DNA of 64,000 bases from Octopus sinensis (lineage: Eukaryota): assembly GCF_006345805.1 (NCBI RefSeq), contig NC_043000.1, positions 8,866,001-8,930,000 on the forward strand. The letters are read 5' to 3'. Positions 47,470 through 62,770 of the stretch are shown here, piece after piece. Position numbers and translations under genes: made by a program. Positions within the stretch are counted from its first letter, which is position 1; each line of letters opens with the position of its first letter. Below the pieces are notes generated by a model. The model made no database searches, was not told the DNA's origin, and worked only from the letters and a program-made list of their open reading frames with translations.

Positions 47470-47705
47470 ATGGATATAGATGAAACAGGGACAACTGAAG
47501 AAGGGGAATGTTCCTGGTGTTGTATGTCTTGTACTCTATTTTTTCGTTGTTTAAGAAAAATGTCCATTTCCTTGGTTTTGTGTTTATGTTTTCGTTTCTC
47601 ATTGTGTTCGACGTTTTTTTGGTGTCCTGTACCCATATATGCACGTATATATAAATGTAGATGTAGGTACGTACATATATGTATGTATATATGCATATGC
47701 TTTAT
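47470..47705 (+). mobile_element. Repeat family E copy
   Basis: Colinear with 59590-59780. Confidence 0.75.
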
Positions 47706-47908
47706 TTATTAATTTGTTATATATATATTATATATATATATATATATATAATATAATATATATATATATGCATATATATATATATGCAAAAACTGTCCGA
47801 CGAACTGGAACGTGAAACTCAGAGTAACAGGTTTTGTTGAATTTTCTGCTGCTTTGAAATAAAGTATATATAGTTATATGTATACATATATATATATATA
47901 TATATATA

Positions 47909-47941
<33 letters not shown>

Positions 47942-48750
47942 ATCTTTTACCTTTTACTTGTTTCCACCCAGTTCCCGTCAACCAAACTTACTCATAAGAT
48001 ATTGGTTGACTCTGCACTATATTAGAAAAAAACTTTCTCAAGACGCTCTGCAGTAAGACTGAACCGAGAACCTCGGGGTTGTAAAGCAAATTTGTTTAAG
48101 CAACGCTGCATGCCTGCGCCTATGTTGTATTCACTTTTTAATGAAACCACTTTTAATTGCAATCGATAGAAACTTCGAATTCAATTAGTCGAATATTGAT
48201 TATTTCAACACGATCCAAATAGAGTTTTCACAATGAACAATTAACTTGCATTCAATATATTACGGTTAAATAATTTATTGGCCCCAGGAAAGGTGCATGC
48301 AAATCGATATCTAATTTGATGGTATTTGAACTCCTGCCGTAGAGGGATTGTAACAGAATATTGAAATGCATTTTATTTTAAGTACATCACTTTATTTCAG
48401 TTTACTCCAACCAACGAGGTGCACCTGAAAATGAGTACCAACCGAGTTCTAGTGCAACTCTCTCTCCCTCTCTCCCTCTCTCCCTCTCTCCCTCTCTCCC
48501 TCTCTCCTCTCTCTCTCCTCCCTCTCTCTCTCTCTCTCTCCCTCTCTTTCCAGCTGTCACATCATGAATACACCACTGGATCAAAGTGTGGTGAGTGAAG
48601 AAAGTGTCTGTTCGTGATTATATCAGTATCTAAAATAATTAGCTGTAGCATGGCACATGCTGCCAAGTTATACTCGTTCGCAGGTGACGGCTGACTCTTA
48701 AAACAATCTCCACTTTTTTGTATATACGTGTGATGTGTGGTGTATCTATG

Positions 48751-48781
<31 letters not shown>

Positions 48782-49879
48782 ATATATATATATATATATA
48801 TTGCGCGTATACATGCATGTATGTATGTTATATGTGTGTGTATTTGTGTACACACATGTTCATCCTTATGAATATAAATGTATGCATTCATATTCATATA
48901 TATTGTACAGGAAATATATGTTTCTTCATACGAAAAATTTAACAAAGTATTCAGTGAATATGAAAAGTGCGAAAATAAATGGCATAACTATTTTTATTGA
49001 CGGACATTGGTCGTCCATGGTGCTCGAATAACCTCTCCTATACAATGGTGCTCCATCGATACGTTTACACCATCTTTGACCTCTATCTCTCAAGTTCTCT
49101 CTGAAAATCATCTGATATGCATTCTTGTACCCTCTCCTTCACAGTCTGTGTCATCAAATCATTGTTTCCGAAGACTGCCCTTCACTGGACAAAATACGAG
49201 GAAGTCAGGAGTGGCACATCCAAACTTTACAGAGGATGGAGAACCACGGATCAGTTCAATTTGCAGAGAGAGAGAGAGAGAGATCGTTGTATCGACCAGA
49301 CTATCGGATGTTATGATACACCACTGATCACAATGCCGTTCTACGCATTGTTGTAGATTTCGAATGATGCCACCCCAGTGGCTAGGCGTGCAGAGTTACG
49401 CCTTTGCAACGTGAAATAAAGTGTTTTTTTCCCAAGGACAAAACGCACCCACAGGTCTAGGCATCGAAGGCACGATCTTGTGTACAACACTTTAGCAAGA
49501 GATCACATTGCTTCTAACACACAAGCGCGCTCCTGAATACATATGCATACACACACACTCACACTCACATATATTGATAAATGCTACTCTTTCCCTATTT
49601 TGTTTAATTCGATTTCATCCTGATATGTTCAATATATCAATTTTCTATTCTGAATTTTGAATAATTGTTGCATATTTTTCGCACGACAATGCCAAAGAAA
49701 CTCAACTACTCAACAATTATCCATAAAACAATTGCACAGCAAACTATACTGTTATTCTGAAGTATATTACTCTCACCATTACCCAGAACATATTCAACTC
49801 CCGAAATATAATTTAGATTTATTCATTATATTCTAATATATCCTTTCATATATGTATGTGTGTGTGTACATACAAACAT

Positions 49880-49976
<97 letters not shown>

Positions 49977-49978
49977 GC

Positions 49979-50017
<39 letters not shown>

Positions 50018-52253
50018 GTATATATATATATATTATACACACATATATATATACACGTGCACGCACAACCACCCACACAATATTAATGTATATATATAAA
50101 TATACATACGAACGTTCATCCATCTATCCATCCATCCATCCATACATACATACATACATACATACATACATACATAATAATACATACATAGATATTTATA
50201 ATTTATATGTGTGCAGATTGAATACATTTTCTGTTTTTATAGTCATACATTAAAACAAAACTGGATTCTAGCTTTATCATTTTTATTGAACATGTTTTCA
50301 TATTTTCATTTGAGCTCATTGCAGTTTATTTGTAACAGTAAAAATCCCAAATCTATCATTAGCGTTTCCAAATCTTTACAATTTTATGTTCTGGACGAAG
50401 TACTTATTATTCGTGTCGTGTGTTACTGCGTCTTTATATAGTAGGCAAAACTATAATTACTGATATAGACAATACTGCTATTTCAATTATTGAATGTTCC
50501 ATTTTATACCTCATTGGCGATATGTTTATTTCTGTTTGTAATCAATGAATGTTATCAACGTGTTTCTGGTTGCGTTACGTTGTGCTGTGTGGTTTCCTTG
50601 TATCACTAATCGTCCATTATTGTATAACACTGACGCGTTTTCTACTAAAATTTCCGCATTTAGTTTTTATGATTCTTGATGGCAAAAGCTCATGGTCAGT
50701 AAATGGGTGACTTGCATTTGTACGGTAAATATAACAGTCAGAGTCGTGAAATTTACAACTTTCATATTTGCACTAAGTTTTTTTTTAAGTTACACTTGTC
50801 AGTAAAAATAGCTTGTTTGGAAGTTTATATGGTTGTTGTTTATCATCGTTAGGAATGCAGTACATTTTAGATATTTTGTAGAATATTATTAGTTGCTATA
50901 ATGTACTATAAAACCTATCTATATATTTTTAGCAAACACTATATCTTACAACGAATGTAAACATCACGTTTGTGGAGAGAAAAAGAAGGAAGAGATGTAC
51001 AGACTCCTTGATTCAACTTTGTTTGGAGTTCTGTCAGCAACAGTGCACCTTCCTTAACTATCCACTAACAAAGTACATATAAACGCGCTAATTGGATAGA
51101 TCAATTTGCATAGTAAACCTTTTCTTGGCAGCTAGTTTGAATACTGAATTACCAATGTGTTAAGAGACTTGAAACGTGAACAGAGACAACTATTCCTTCT
51201 TTTTCCCCCGGTGAACTTATTCTGTATATAGACGTGATATTTACATTCGTATTAATATGCAAAAACAATGCTGACCAAAGATTTTTGATTATGGCTTGAT
51301 AAGTCAAGATCGACTTACCAACAACAAGAACAGCTGTACTGAAATCAGTAACTGATTCACTGCATGATGCAGAATTTCTGATTGAAACATCTTGCTAAGA
51401 TTTCTAACACTTATCTTCCCTAAATGACGAAAGCAAAGTACATCGTAGCAGAATTCAAATTCAAAACATAACACGAAGAAATTAAATATTAATTACTCAA
51501 TCACACTATCATGTGTGTGTTATTCTAATGAACATCTGGGACCAAATTTCTATTCATGGTTGAAAGTATTTCCTTTTCCATATAACGTTAGTACCGTAAA
51601 CAAATACTTAAACGTTAGTTAGATTCTCTATAACTTATGTATTTCTTCCTTTTAACTCTAGTAAGGTGTGTAGATGTTGAATGAACGTATGATATCTTTT
51701 ACATAGCTAATGCTTAGTGGGTACTCTTACATATTAAGCAACAGAACAGCCCTTAAAATTACATCTTCATGCAATGTAAGTAGAGCAAGGAAACCGGCGG
51801 ATGCTGTTATTCTCCGATCTACACCTGTAGGACATAATGGTCACTGCAAACCAACAAACTAGTCGTAGATTTAATAGATATGTCACTGCTTGAAAAGAGA
51901 GAGGCAACTACCTTGGCGTATTTATTTTCAACAAGATTTATACATTATTGAGAGTTAAATGACCCACAGACAAAATGCAGAACCGGTGACAAGAACGCAC
52001 TGCTGGATGTTCGATTCCGTATCAACTCGGCTATTTACGCATCCGTTTCCTTTATGTAATGAAATAAAGTCTTAAAACATTTCAGCAGTGTTTGTATATG
52101 GTATACAGCTTAAGGGGGTATGAGAGCATAAGAACCGTTATAGTCCTCCTTTCTATTAGCTTTGTTATATAAACTTAGATAACAGTCATGCGCACACACA
52201 CACATACACATATGCATATATATATATGTATATATGTATACAAACACACACAC

Positions 52254-52299
<46 letters not shown>

Positions 52300-52885
52300 G
52301 AATGCGGGTGTGATTGTGTCTGCGTGTACGTGAGTGTATGTGAAGCTGTAGTCGTTTTGTTTTGTTGTAGCTAATTCAAGCAGTTTTGTTGCGAGAGAAT
52401 TACTCTTTACATGAAATTGTCAAAGCAATCGAGAAAGAAAACTATTTGATCGAAGCATATTAACGTTAAGAAGCAAAATGATTTCGTGGATGAGTATGCC
52501 TGTGTACGTATGTGGATTTTTGTGTGTATGTATTTATGAACGTATGTATGCATGTATGCATGTATGTATACACATACAAACACACACTGTGGTGTGCATT
52601 GAATAAACAGTAATTCTCTTTTTTTTTATAATATTTTGGGGTCTTTTCGTGATTGATTTTCTTTTTTGGCTTTTGTTCTGCTTTCAATGATATAATATTT
52701 TGTTTTTCTTTGAAATCTAAGTTTGGTTTCTGGCCTAAGACATTCTTTTCAGGTTCGATTATTTCTAAGACATGAACACGAACATGATCCCAACGTGTTC
52801 ACAATATCCCGTCGTGCGAAATAAATCCGTGGAAGAAAGGACGTCCATCTTGTAACTTAGATATATTTATATATTAGTTTATGTA

Positions 52886-52935
<50 letters not shown>

Positions 52936-52940
52936 TGTGT

Positions 52941-52971
<31 letters not shown>

Positions 52972-53143
52972 GTCATTTCTGATTTGGCTATTCTTCCGTT
53001 ATCGAAATTTTCTAGGCAGATGTCTCTTTTGTCAGAGCTATTGAAAGTCTACAAAGACATGAATATGGCCGAACTACGAAAACGTTACTGATTCCCTCCC
53101 ACCACCTCGTTCCGCAGTCTTCTCTTTCTCTCTCCCCTCCGCT

Positions 53144-53197
<54 letters not shown>

Positions 53198-53411
53198 TCT
53201 CTCTCTCTCTCTCACTCTCTCAGCGTTTTATTATCTCACACACTATCCTCTCTTGTCCTCACTATTTGTATTCGCTTTTATATGTATATGCATGTGTATA
53301 AGTATGCATTATGTATCTGTCTATATGTGTGTACATATATTATATATGCATGTATCTATCTACCTCTTTAATTATCTATCTCTCTATCTATTGCTTTATC
53401 ACTGCTTATGA

Positions 53412-53486
<75 letters not shown>

Positions 53487-54397
53487 ATTGTTTGCTTGTA
53501 TTTTCCCTCTTACCTTGTGATTTCTGATGTTCACTAGAATATTTTTCTTTTAAATTTTTAACATGTGCCAAGAAATGGGAGGTTGGTGATCAGATTTTCA
53601 GAATTAGAAGCGCATAAAATAATCGTACCGAGCAACAGGTTTTGAAGAAAGTAACGTATGGTTCGAATCTATTTTATGTCCAATCTATCTTAACTTGCTC
53701 AGAGTTCAATGAAATAAAATATAATCGTCAAAGTAATAATAGAGAATAATGTGGGGTAAATATGATTGGGCCTTACTTTTAACATTGATTTCTTAAATGG
53801 TCACATGACCTCAAATTTATTCATGGGTATAACTGATCATATAGATCCCTAGTATTTGATTGACTATTTTTTGGGACCTGGAACTTAAAACTATTTCAGC
53901 GATAATTGAAATCAGAACGTTAAAGGTTGTAACTAAATACCGTATGTCATCTTATCCTATGCCTTAATGACTCAGCCAGTGTGCTTTAGACTGATCCCAC
54001 TGACCTATTGTCTCCTGGTGTTTCTAATAAAACTGTGCCGGTCATACACACTGCTAGAAATAACTGTAAAACCGCTATAAATCACAAGCTGCTTTCTCGA
54101 AAGAGAGAGAGGAGGGGAGCGAGAGAGAGAGAGAGAAAGGGAAAGAGAGAGGGGGTCTAATATTGATTAAGGTTGTTCATAACTTTTTCAGTCACAGGAG
54201 AAATAGTTAAACTCGGCATCTTAGTGTGTCAAATGTTGACTATCTAACTTTACATATCATACTTTGATTCTGTGAGGACTGGGTTCCGCATTGACAAGTC
54301 TCTGACATTAAATACAATGTTAAACACAAATAGTATACAAATTAGTAGCCACAGTTTTCTGTTCCTATCTGATTTGATGCGCACATCAATAGAATAA

Positions 54398-54452
54398 CTA
54401 CCGTAAATCCTCGAGTATAGTCCGCCCTTGAGTAAAATACGCAGTTTTTTTT
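54398..54452 (+). mobile_element. Solitary pogo/Tigger-like TIR end
   Basis: TA-CCGTAAATCCTCGAGTATAGTCCGC resembles TcMar-pogo termini. No partner TIR was found. Confidence 0.35.
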
Positions 54453-54892
54453 TATCAAGCTTTACACTCGATTGCATCGTATGTTATCAATCCCGGAAAA
54501 ATTAAATAAAATGCTAACGTCATCAATACTTGCTTTCAGACAACTAATTGCCTCTAACCAGGCTTGTCTCAATAAAACAAGCCCGCGATTAAGCAGTAAT
54601 ATATAATATTATTCTGGTTGCCGTGATCTATTCGAGTGTGACGTTTTACCAAGCTTAACTATGGAGCAAAACCACAGACACCATCGAGATTTTTAACATA
54701 CTGGAAATGGTTTGAGTGTTACAGTTAACGCAAGCTTGGCTATGTGGTGAAATGAAAGACATGATTGAAGTGTCTAAAATTAACGAAGCAATGTTAGGAA
54801 GATCTATAAATTATGCATCAAACTAGAATATGAATATTATAAAACGTCGAATTTCAGACGGATTCCTCTAATGTATAGTGCTTGTGAATATA

Positions 54893-54935
<43 letters not shown>

Positions 54936-55407
54936 ATATATATATAATATAATATATTATATATACGTATCTATAATATATATATACATGTAAAAATCAA
55001 AATCAAAAAAATATATATATATATGTATGTATGTATAATATATATACATATATGTATGTATAATATATATATCCTATATATATATATAATGATGTAAAAA
55101 TCAAAACTCAAAATAATATATATATATATGTATGTATGTATAATATATATACATATATATATGTATAATATATTACCATATATATATATATAGATAGGAT
55201 ATATATATATATATAAGATATATATTAGTATAATATATATATATATATATATATAAGATATATATATATGTATAATATATATATAAGCCCTGCCAATATA
55301 CACATTATTAGAATTTTCTCTGACTCCTCAGATTTTTGTATGCTGGACTACTGGTTTTAAATTGATATTAAAAATAATATTAATTTATCTCCCTCATTAT
55401 TTAAATA

Positions 55408-55487
<80 letters not shown>

Positions 55488-55567
55488 CATATATATACAT
55501 ATATATATATGTATATATATATATACTATATATATTTATATTATATGTATATACATATATATAATAC

Positions 55568-55605
<38 letters not shown>

Positions 55606-56114
55606 CAAAACATAGAAATATCGGCGAAACCACTACCGTCCCTCAAAGAATAGTAGAGACCTCAACGAAGAAATAAGCAAAAATTAATGTTGCGAGCAGA
55701 ATAACTTTAATTATTTGAAACTATACTTGTTTCGGTAAATGAAAGTGAATATAAAAAATATTATTGAAAGCATCAAAGTGGCGTTTAATTAATGTTAGGA
55801 ATAGGTAATGTGTTGAGATAGGGGAATGATCATCTCAGATCTTTAAAAAACGCTGTAAGATTCTAGGCATTTCATTCTCATTGCTTGATAATGCATCGAA
55901 GAAAAATCTGCAGCTTAATTTAACTTCCAACATTTTCGAACATAAGCACAAGACCAGAAATTTGCGAGGAGGGTTTATTTTATTGATGTCCGAAACGTAA
56001 CAGGTAATGTTGATTTTGCAGAGATTTAGATTGAAAATGTAAGGAACCGGGATAAATATCGCGAGGCATATTCTCCTACACTTTAACGATTTCGCCATTC
56101 CCCTACGCTTCAAC

Positions 56115-56885
56115 TAATAATATTAGTTTCAAATTTTGGCACAAAGCTAGCAAATTCGAAGAAGGGGTGTCAGTCAATTACATCGAACTTAGTGCTCAAC
56201 TGGTATTTATTTTACCGACTCCGAAAAGATAAGAGGCTAAGTTGACCTCGGTTGATTTGAACTCAGAACATAAAGACAGACGGAATGCCGCAAAGCATTT
56301 TGCCCGGCGTACTAACGACTCTGCCAGCTCACCGTTTTTATTTAAGTATTAATATTAGTTTCAAATCATGGTTCGTTTGTTCCTTCTTGAATCTCGGCTG
56401 GCTCATAGGGCCGGTTTCCCGGTTTCCTTGGCGTTTAGGTTCCCTACCTGGACGGGACGCCGGTCCGTCGCAAGTGAGTTGCAAGATGCAGGAGGAAAGA
56501 GTGAGAGAAAGTTGTGGCGAAAGAGTCAGCAGAAGTTCGCCATTACCTTCTGCCGGAGCCGAGCGGAGCTTAGGTGTTTCGCTCATACACACACACATCG
56601 CCCGGTCTGAGATTCGAACCCGCGATCCCTCGACCGCGAGTCCGCTGCTCTAACCACTAGGCCATGTGCCTCCACCAAATTATGGTAAAAGGCCAGAAAT
56701 TTCGGGGAAGGAGCTAAATCGATTAGATCGACCCCAGTGCTCAACTGGTACTTATTTTATCGATCCTGAATGATGAAAAGCAAAGTCGACCTAGGCTGAA
56801 TTTGAATTCAGAACGTAAAGACAGACGAAATGACGCTAAACATTTTGCTCGGCGGGTTAACAATATTATCAGTTCGCCGTCTTCA
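56115..56885 (-). mobile_element. Nested SINE cluster: two family A copies, the second interrupted by family D
   Basis: Family A cores at 56165-56335 and 56680-56885, with a shared tail aatattagtttcaaat. Confidence 0.8.
56372..56675 (-). mobile_element. Full-length SINE family D with 10-bp target-site duplication
   Basis: Head ggaggcacaTGGCCTAGTGGttag...GGTTCGAATC. TSD caaatcatgg (56362-56371) / caaattatgg (56676-56685). Confidence 0.88.
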
Positions 56886-57444
56886 TTAAGGTAATATCAA
56901 TAACGTTTCAAATAATAATTTATTACGTAGGAACGAGACCAGACATTTTGAAGAAATGGTTAGTCGATTAAATCTACTTGTATTTCATTAGTACTTATTT
57001 TATCCACTTTTTAAGGTTGAAAGGCAAAGTTAACCTCACTGGAATTTGAACTCCATTCATAAAAAGCCATACACAAATATCACAAGTATTTTGTCCAACA
57101 TTAACATTGGCACAAAGCCACACAGTTATTGAAGTGGGAGCAGTCGGTTAAATCTGTTACGGTATTTGTCTGGAAAATATTTTATCGACATCCGGGATAG
57201 GGAATAATCTCCGGATGAAAATGATGTCTAAATACCTTCTCTCAGTTTGTCCATTGTTCACTCGCCTAAAATGAATTTGACCTGGTACAAGGCCACATAA
57301 TATATTCTGTAGGACGGTGAGATTGTTTTAACTCATTTGATATTTTCCTGGGATCTTTTTAGCGACTATAGCATTATGTAAGGCAATATATGTATATCTG
57401 TCTAGTGCTAGCCTGCAGTTTCACACACAACGACAAACACACGC

Positions 57445-57511
<67 letters not shown>

Positions 57512-57999
57512 GTATACAGCTACAGATAGCTCTATACACCTCCAGTTCACTACTTTTGAAAATCCTGAAACTACAAAATCTGTTATAATATTTAGACCTC
57601 GAATATATTTTTAACGTCATCTCATCATGATTCTGTCAGAGAAAAAAAAAACGTTTTTCTCTCAGAGTCTATGTATGTATGTATGTATGTATGTATGTAT
57701 GTATGTATGTATGTATGTATGTATTTATGTATGTATGTATGTATGTATGTATGTATGTTTGTATGTATGTAACGTTTATCCAGTTATATGTATTGTTAAA
57801 TATGACGAAAAGGGTATGTGAATATTTGTCTATGTGTATGCATGTCACTATGTGTTGTGTGTACGTGTGCTCGTGGTGTGTCGTGCGGTGTATAGTGCTC
57901 GCATATATCTACTGAGTGTGGCATGATTTATTCTTGTTATATATATATATGTATATATATTATATATATATTATATATATTATTATATTATATAATATA

Positions 58000-58051
<52 letters not shown>

Positions 58052-58945
58052 CACCTATATACACATATATTTGCGTTTATGTACAGCAGTTCGTTTTATA
58101 TCTACCACTTTATTTAACCTAACATGTTTCACGCGTACATTCATATCTCCGTCAAATCATATGCCATTTGCCTATTTACGAAATATGATATAACCAAACA
58201 TAAACATCAATCATTTAGGGAGTGAAGTGCAAATCCCAATGCACTGGAGTGCTTCAACGCGAATACACAGCTTTCTGAGGAAGATCCTAGTTTTTCAAAC
58301 AGTTACTTTTGGAAAACATGTCTGACATCATATCGCTTCCTGGGAAATGAAGCTATAAATTAATCTACTTCTATAACTAGAGTCTCATATTCGATTACTA
58401 TGTATGTATGTATGATGTATGTATGTATGTATGTATATTGATGGATGGATATATGCATGTGTGTGTAGTCACACATGTTTGTGAGCGCGTTTGTTTAGGT
58501 ATAGGTGTCTTTTTGTGCGTGTATGTATGTGTATGCATGTATATGCACATATATAAATACATATGTATGTATCTGTATGTTTATATACATATATATATAT
58601 GTGTGTGAGTGTGTGTGTGTATGTATGCATATATATATATATATTATACATACATACATATATATTACATATTACACACACACATATATATATACATATA
58701 TATATATATACACACACATATATATATATATATATATATGTACGTGTATATATACATATGTATGTGTGTGTGTGTGTGTGTGTGTGTAGATACATCGATA
58801 GATAGATATACAAACTCAGTCACGCACATAACAAACACACGCACATACACACACATACACACACACACAAACACGCACTCAAACACACAGAGCCATAACC
58901 TGTATATATTTTTTTCTTCTCTTTATATTCATTAAATCACCTGAT

Positions 58946-59590
58946 TATACATACATACATACATACATACATACATACATACATACATACATACGTACGT
59001 ACGTGCATACATACATACATACATACATACATACACACATACATGCATACACACACACATACACACATACATACATACACACATACATACACACATACAT
59101 ACATACATACATATATACATACATAACATACACACATACATACATACATACATACATACATACATACATACATACATACAGAACATACATACAGAATACA
59201 TACATACATACACACATACATACATACATCATACATAAATACATACATACATCATACAGAATACATATACACACATACATACATACATACATAACTACAT
59301 ACATACAACATACATACATAAATACATACATACATACATACATACATACATACATACATACATACATACATACATACATAAATACATACATACAATAAAT
59401 ACATACATACATACATACATACATACATACACATACATACAACATACGTACATACATACCTAACATACATAATCATACATACATACATACATACATACAT
59501 ACATAATACATACATACACATGTATACATACATACATACATACATACATACATAACATACATAAATACATCATACATACTACATACATAC
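58946..59590. repeat. (TACA)n degenerate microsatellite, about 650 bp
   Basis: Direct inspection. Confidence 0.95.
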
Positions 59591-59845
59591 ATTACGGGAG
59601 TAGGACGAAACAGGGCCAACTGAGAAGGGACATATTCCTTGTGTTGTATGTCTTGTACTTTTTTTTTGTTGTTTGAAAAAAATGTTTGTTTCTATGTTTT
59701 CGTTTCTCATTGTGTTTAACGTTTTCTTGATGTTCTGTACCCACACATGCATGTATATATACATATAGATGTAGGTATATATGCATATATTTATATATTA
59801 TTTATATTATTATATGATCGAACGCCACGCATCCTGTTCCAAGTA
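59590..59845 (+). mobile_element. Repeat family E copy
   Basis: Colinear with 47470-47705 and 43895-44075. Confidence 0.75.
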
Positions 59846-60033
59846 TAAATAAAGATATATATATATATATATACATATAACTCATGTAGGATAAAAATTT
59901 TTTCGGGAAAAAATTTTTATCAATGGCTGGCATATCAAAAAATACCTTTAAAGGTTAAATTTATAAATAATTTACAAAATAAGGGCAAAAGAAAAATTCT
60001 AATGCCAAATATGCCGTAAAAAAGACAAAAATT

Positions 60034-60185
60034 GTGAAATACTTACTCATACCCATGGAAAAATCAAGCACTAAGTACCCCAAATATATGTGCCGAAGAT
60101 TTTCTATTTTGGATATATTTGGGGTACTTAGGTCTGCTCGGGACTTGGTGCTTGCTTTTTCCATGGGAATGAGTAAGTATTTCAC
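60034..60185. repeat. Inverted repeat (56-bp arm; partner carries an insertion of about 16 bp), probable PLE remnant
   Basis: gtgaaatacttactcatacccatggaaaaa...aagtaccccaaatatat versus atatatttggggtactt...tttttccatgggaatgagtaagtatttcac. Confidence 0.8.
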
Positions 60186-60200
60186 TTATATCTCACGTAT

Positions 60201-60260
60201 TTGCCGCTGAAGAGGGGAATTTTCTATGAATTAACCCCGAAATTGGAACCAATACGGTAA
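60201..60260 (+). ncRNA. Type I hammerhead ribozyme, canonical core
   Basis: ttgccg-CTGAAGA-gggg aattttctatgaattaa cccc-GAAA-ttgg aa ccaa-TA-cggtaa. All three stems pair; predicted cut after A60254. Confidence 0.75.
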
Positions 60261-60994
60261 TAACGGATTTTTTAGAAATTTCTATCGGTTTGCTTCTAGA
60301 CGCATAAATTATAATGTATATATACATATATATATGTGTATATATATATATATTTATATATATATATATATATACATACACACACACAATTATATATATA
60401 TGTGCGCGTGTGCGTGCTAGTAGGAGGACTGACCTTGTTTTGGATAGTAGACTTTGCGCGTCGTTCGATTCAACATTGTGACCCGATGTCTGTGTGTCTT
60501 ATACGGAACTCAAGTCTTTTGGCAAGCATTTGGACCTAGTCTTCGGCCAGACTTATAATTTCCTTTATTTCGTTTATCAGTCTTAGGTATCCTAAAGGTA
60601 GAGAGGTAAAATGTTTCGCAATGTTCACCCAACATGCCAGAAACAGCAGCTATATTTCTATTAAATGACAACATAACGTAACTTTCTGCGGCACAACTAT
60701 TCAATTTCCATTAACATTTCATTCCAACTTCACATTTTCTACGGTTTTCTAAGACACCAATCTTCAACATTTGCATATAACACACTTGCAACTGCTTCGT
60801 TGTGCTTGTCCTCGAAGCAGGTGTCCGATACCACACAAGCAATACCAACAAGATGACTATATACGTTCAAAACCTAGCCTTATCTCTGTTAATGTTCTCA
60901 ATAGCCACCACATCACCGATCAGTGTCATCCTCTTCGGCCCCAGTTGTTGCACGGCTCAAGAAATCTTTCATTTCACGTTTCATATTTTTATTC

Positions 60995-61235
60995 TTTTAT
61001 TCTATTACTTCTTTCAGTTATTTGACTGAAGCCATGCTGGAGCACCGCCTTGAAGGGTCTTAGTCAAAGATCTCGAAACCAACGACTTTTTCCTTTTAAG
61101 CCTAATACTTAGTCTATCGGGCTCTTCTTCAATATTAGTACCTTACACTTCTGAAATTCCAGTTGTCGCTAGAGAGATTTCCATCGTTTTCGATATAGGA
61201 CAAAAAGTTTAACAATTAAAGAAAACGGAGAATAC

Positions 61236-61277
<42 letters not shown>

Positions 61278-61476
61278 ATATATAAATATATAAAGATATA
61301 TATATTATGCGACGAGCTTCTTTCAGTTTCCGTCTACCTAATTCACTCACAAGGCTTTGGTCGATCCGAGGCTATAGTAGAAGACACTTGTCCCCAAGAT
61401 GACACGCAGTGGGACTGAACCCGGAACGATATGGTTGGGAAGCAATATTCTTACCTCTCCTCCACGTCAGCACCTA
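60995..61476 (-). mobile_element. SINE family C, interrupted, with internal (TA)n
   Basis: Tail gccatgctggagcaccgcctt at about 61030; body and head at 61305-61476. Confidence 0.8.
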
Positions 61477-62228
61477 TTTTAAATACTTTTTTTTATTTTT
61501 GCTTCTGTCCAACATTTCTCATGCAGAACACAGTCCTGCCTTGTTTGCATTGATTATTCACATTCCTCGACCTTTCTTAACTGTTTTTTTGTATGCTACG
61601 CTTTCTTCGGTCGCTGTGAGAATTAAAATATTCAGTTAATAAAATACATTCGTTGTGCATATTCTCATTTTCGTCTTTCTTCTTCCACATTACAAATTTG
61701 CACCATCCATTTGTGCATTGTAAACACGGAAATGCCTCAGTGGCCACACTACGTCCTAAAAATAGCAGCTACGTACTAAAAATCTACACTTAGCGTATTC
61801 TGCAGCAAGATGATCCGTAGTTTTAACAATCGCCTAAAATATTTCGCTTCTCTCTGGTCCGTTTTAAAAGAAAAAAGAATCCTTTGTCTAGTTACAAAAT
61901 AATTTTATTGTAAAACATCTTTTTCCCCTTTGGTCGTTATTATAACAGTTCATTTGTTAATAAAATACTTCCGTTCAGAAAAGTAAAATTTGTCATTTTT
62001 TTTATCTAAAGGATTAAATGAAGTTATCCATTTTTGCATGTTTCCAAAATTGCTAATATTTGTCTTCCACGTTGTAATTGCAACAATATTTCCTTTTCCG
62101 TATTTTTAAATTCAGCCATTGTTTACATTACTTCCTACTAATTTTTAGACTAGACGAATCGCCAATATTATCCACATAGGCTTGCTGTTATATATAGGGT
62201 AACAATACATATATTTCTAAATAAGCAA

Positions 62229-62282
62229 ATAATAATAATAATATATAATAATAAATAATAATATAATAATAATAACAACAAC

Positions 62283-62314
<32 letters not shown>

Positions 62315-62418
62315 TTAATATGTAGATAAATAATAATAATAATATAATAATAATATAATAATAATAATAATAATATAATAATAATAATAATAATAATACT
62401 TATAATAATAATATAATA

Positions 62419-62449
<31 letters not shown>

Positions 62450-62479
62450 ATAATAATAATAGCAATAATAATAATAATC

Positions 62480-62510
<31 letters not shown>

Positions 62511-62600
62511 TAATATAATAATATAATAATATAATAATAATAATATAATAATTAATAATAATTATAATAATATAATAATAATAATAATAATAATAATAGC

Positions 62601-62631
<31 letters not shown>

Positions 62632-62668
62632 TAATAATAATAATAAATAATAATAATAATAATAATAC

Positions 62669-62732
<64 letters not shown>

Positions 62733-62770
62733 TCATAATAATAATAGCAATAATAATAATAATAATAATA
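62229..62770. repeat. (AAT)n degenerate microsatellite
   Basis: Direct inspection. A second tract lies at 63441-63865. Confidence 0.95.

Noticed and set aside
47478-47512. Type II hammerhead in family E (GAAAC...CTGAAGA; also about 59608 and 18578)
   Set aside because: Only about 9 nt separate GAAA from CTGA, too few for stems III and I, and there is no complementary stem II.
54975-55290. Tandem duplication of about 105 bp in a TA-rich tract
   Set aside because: Riddled with single-base indels; most likely a noisy consensus of a low-complexity region.
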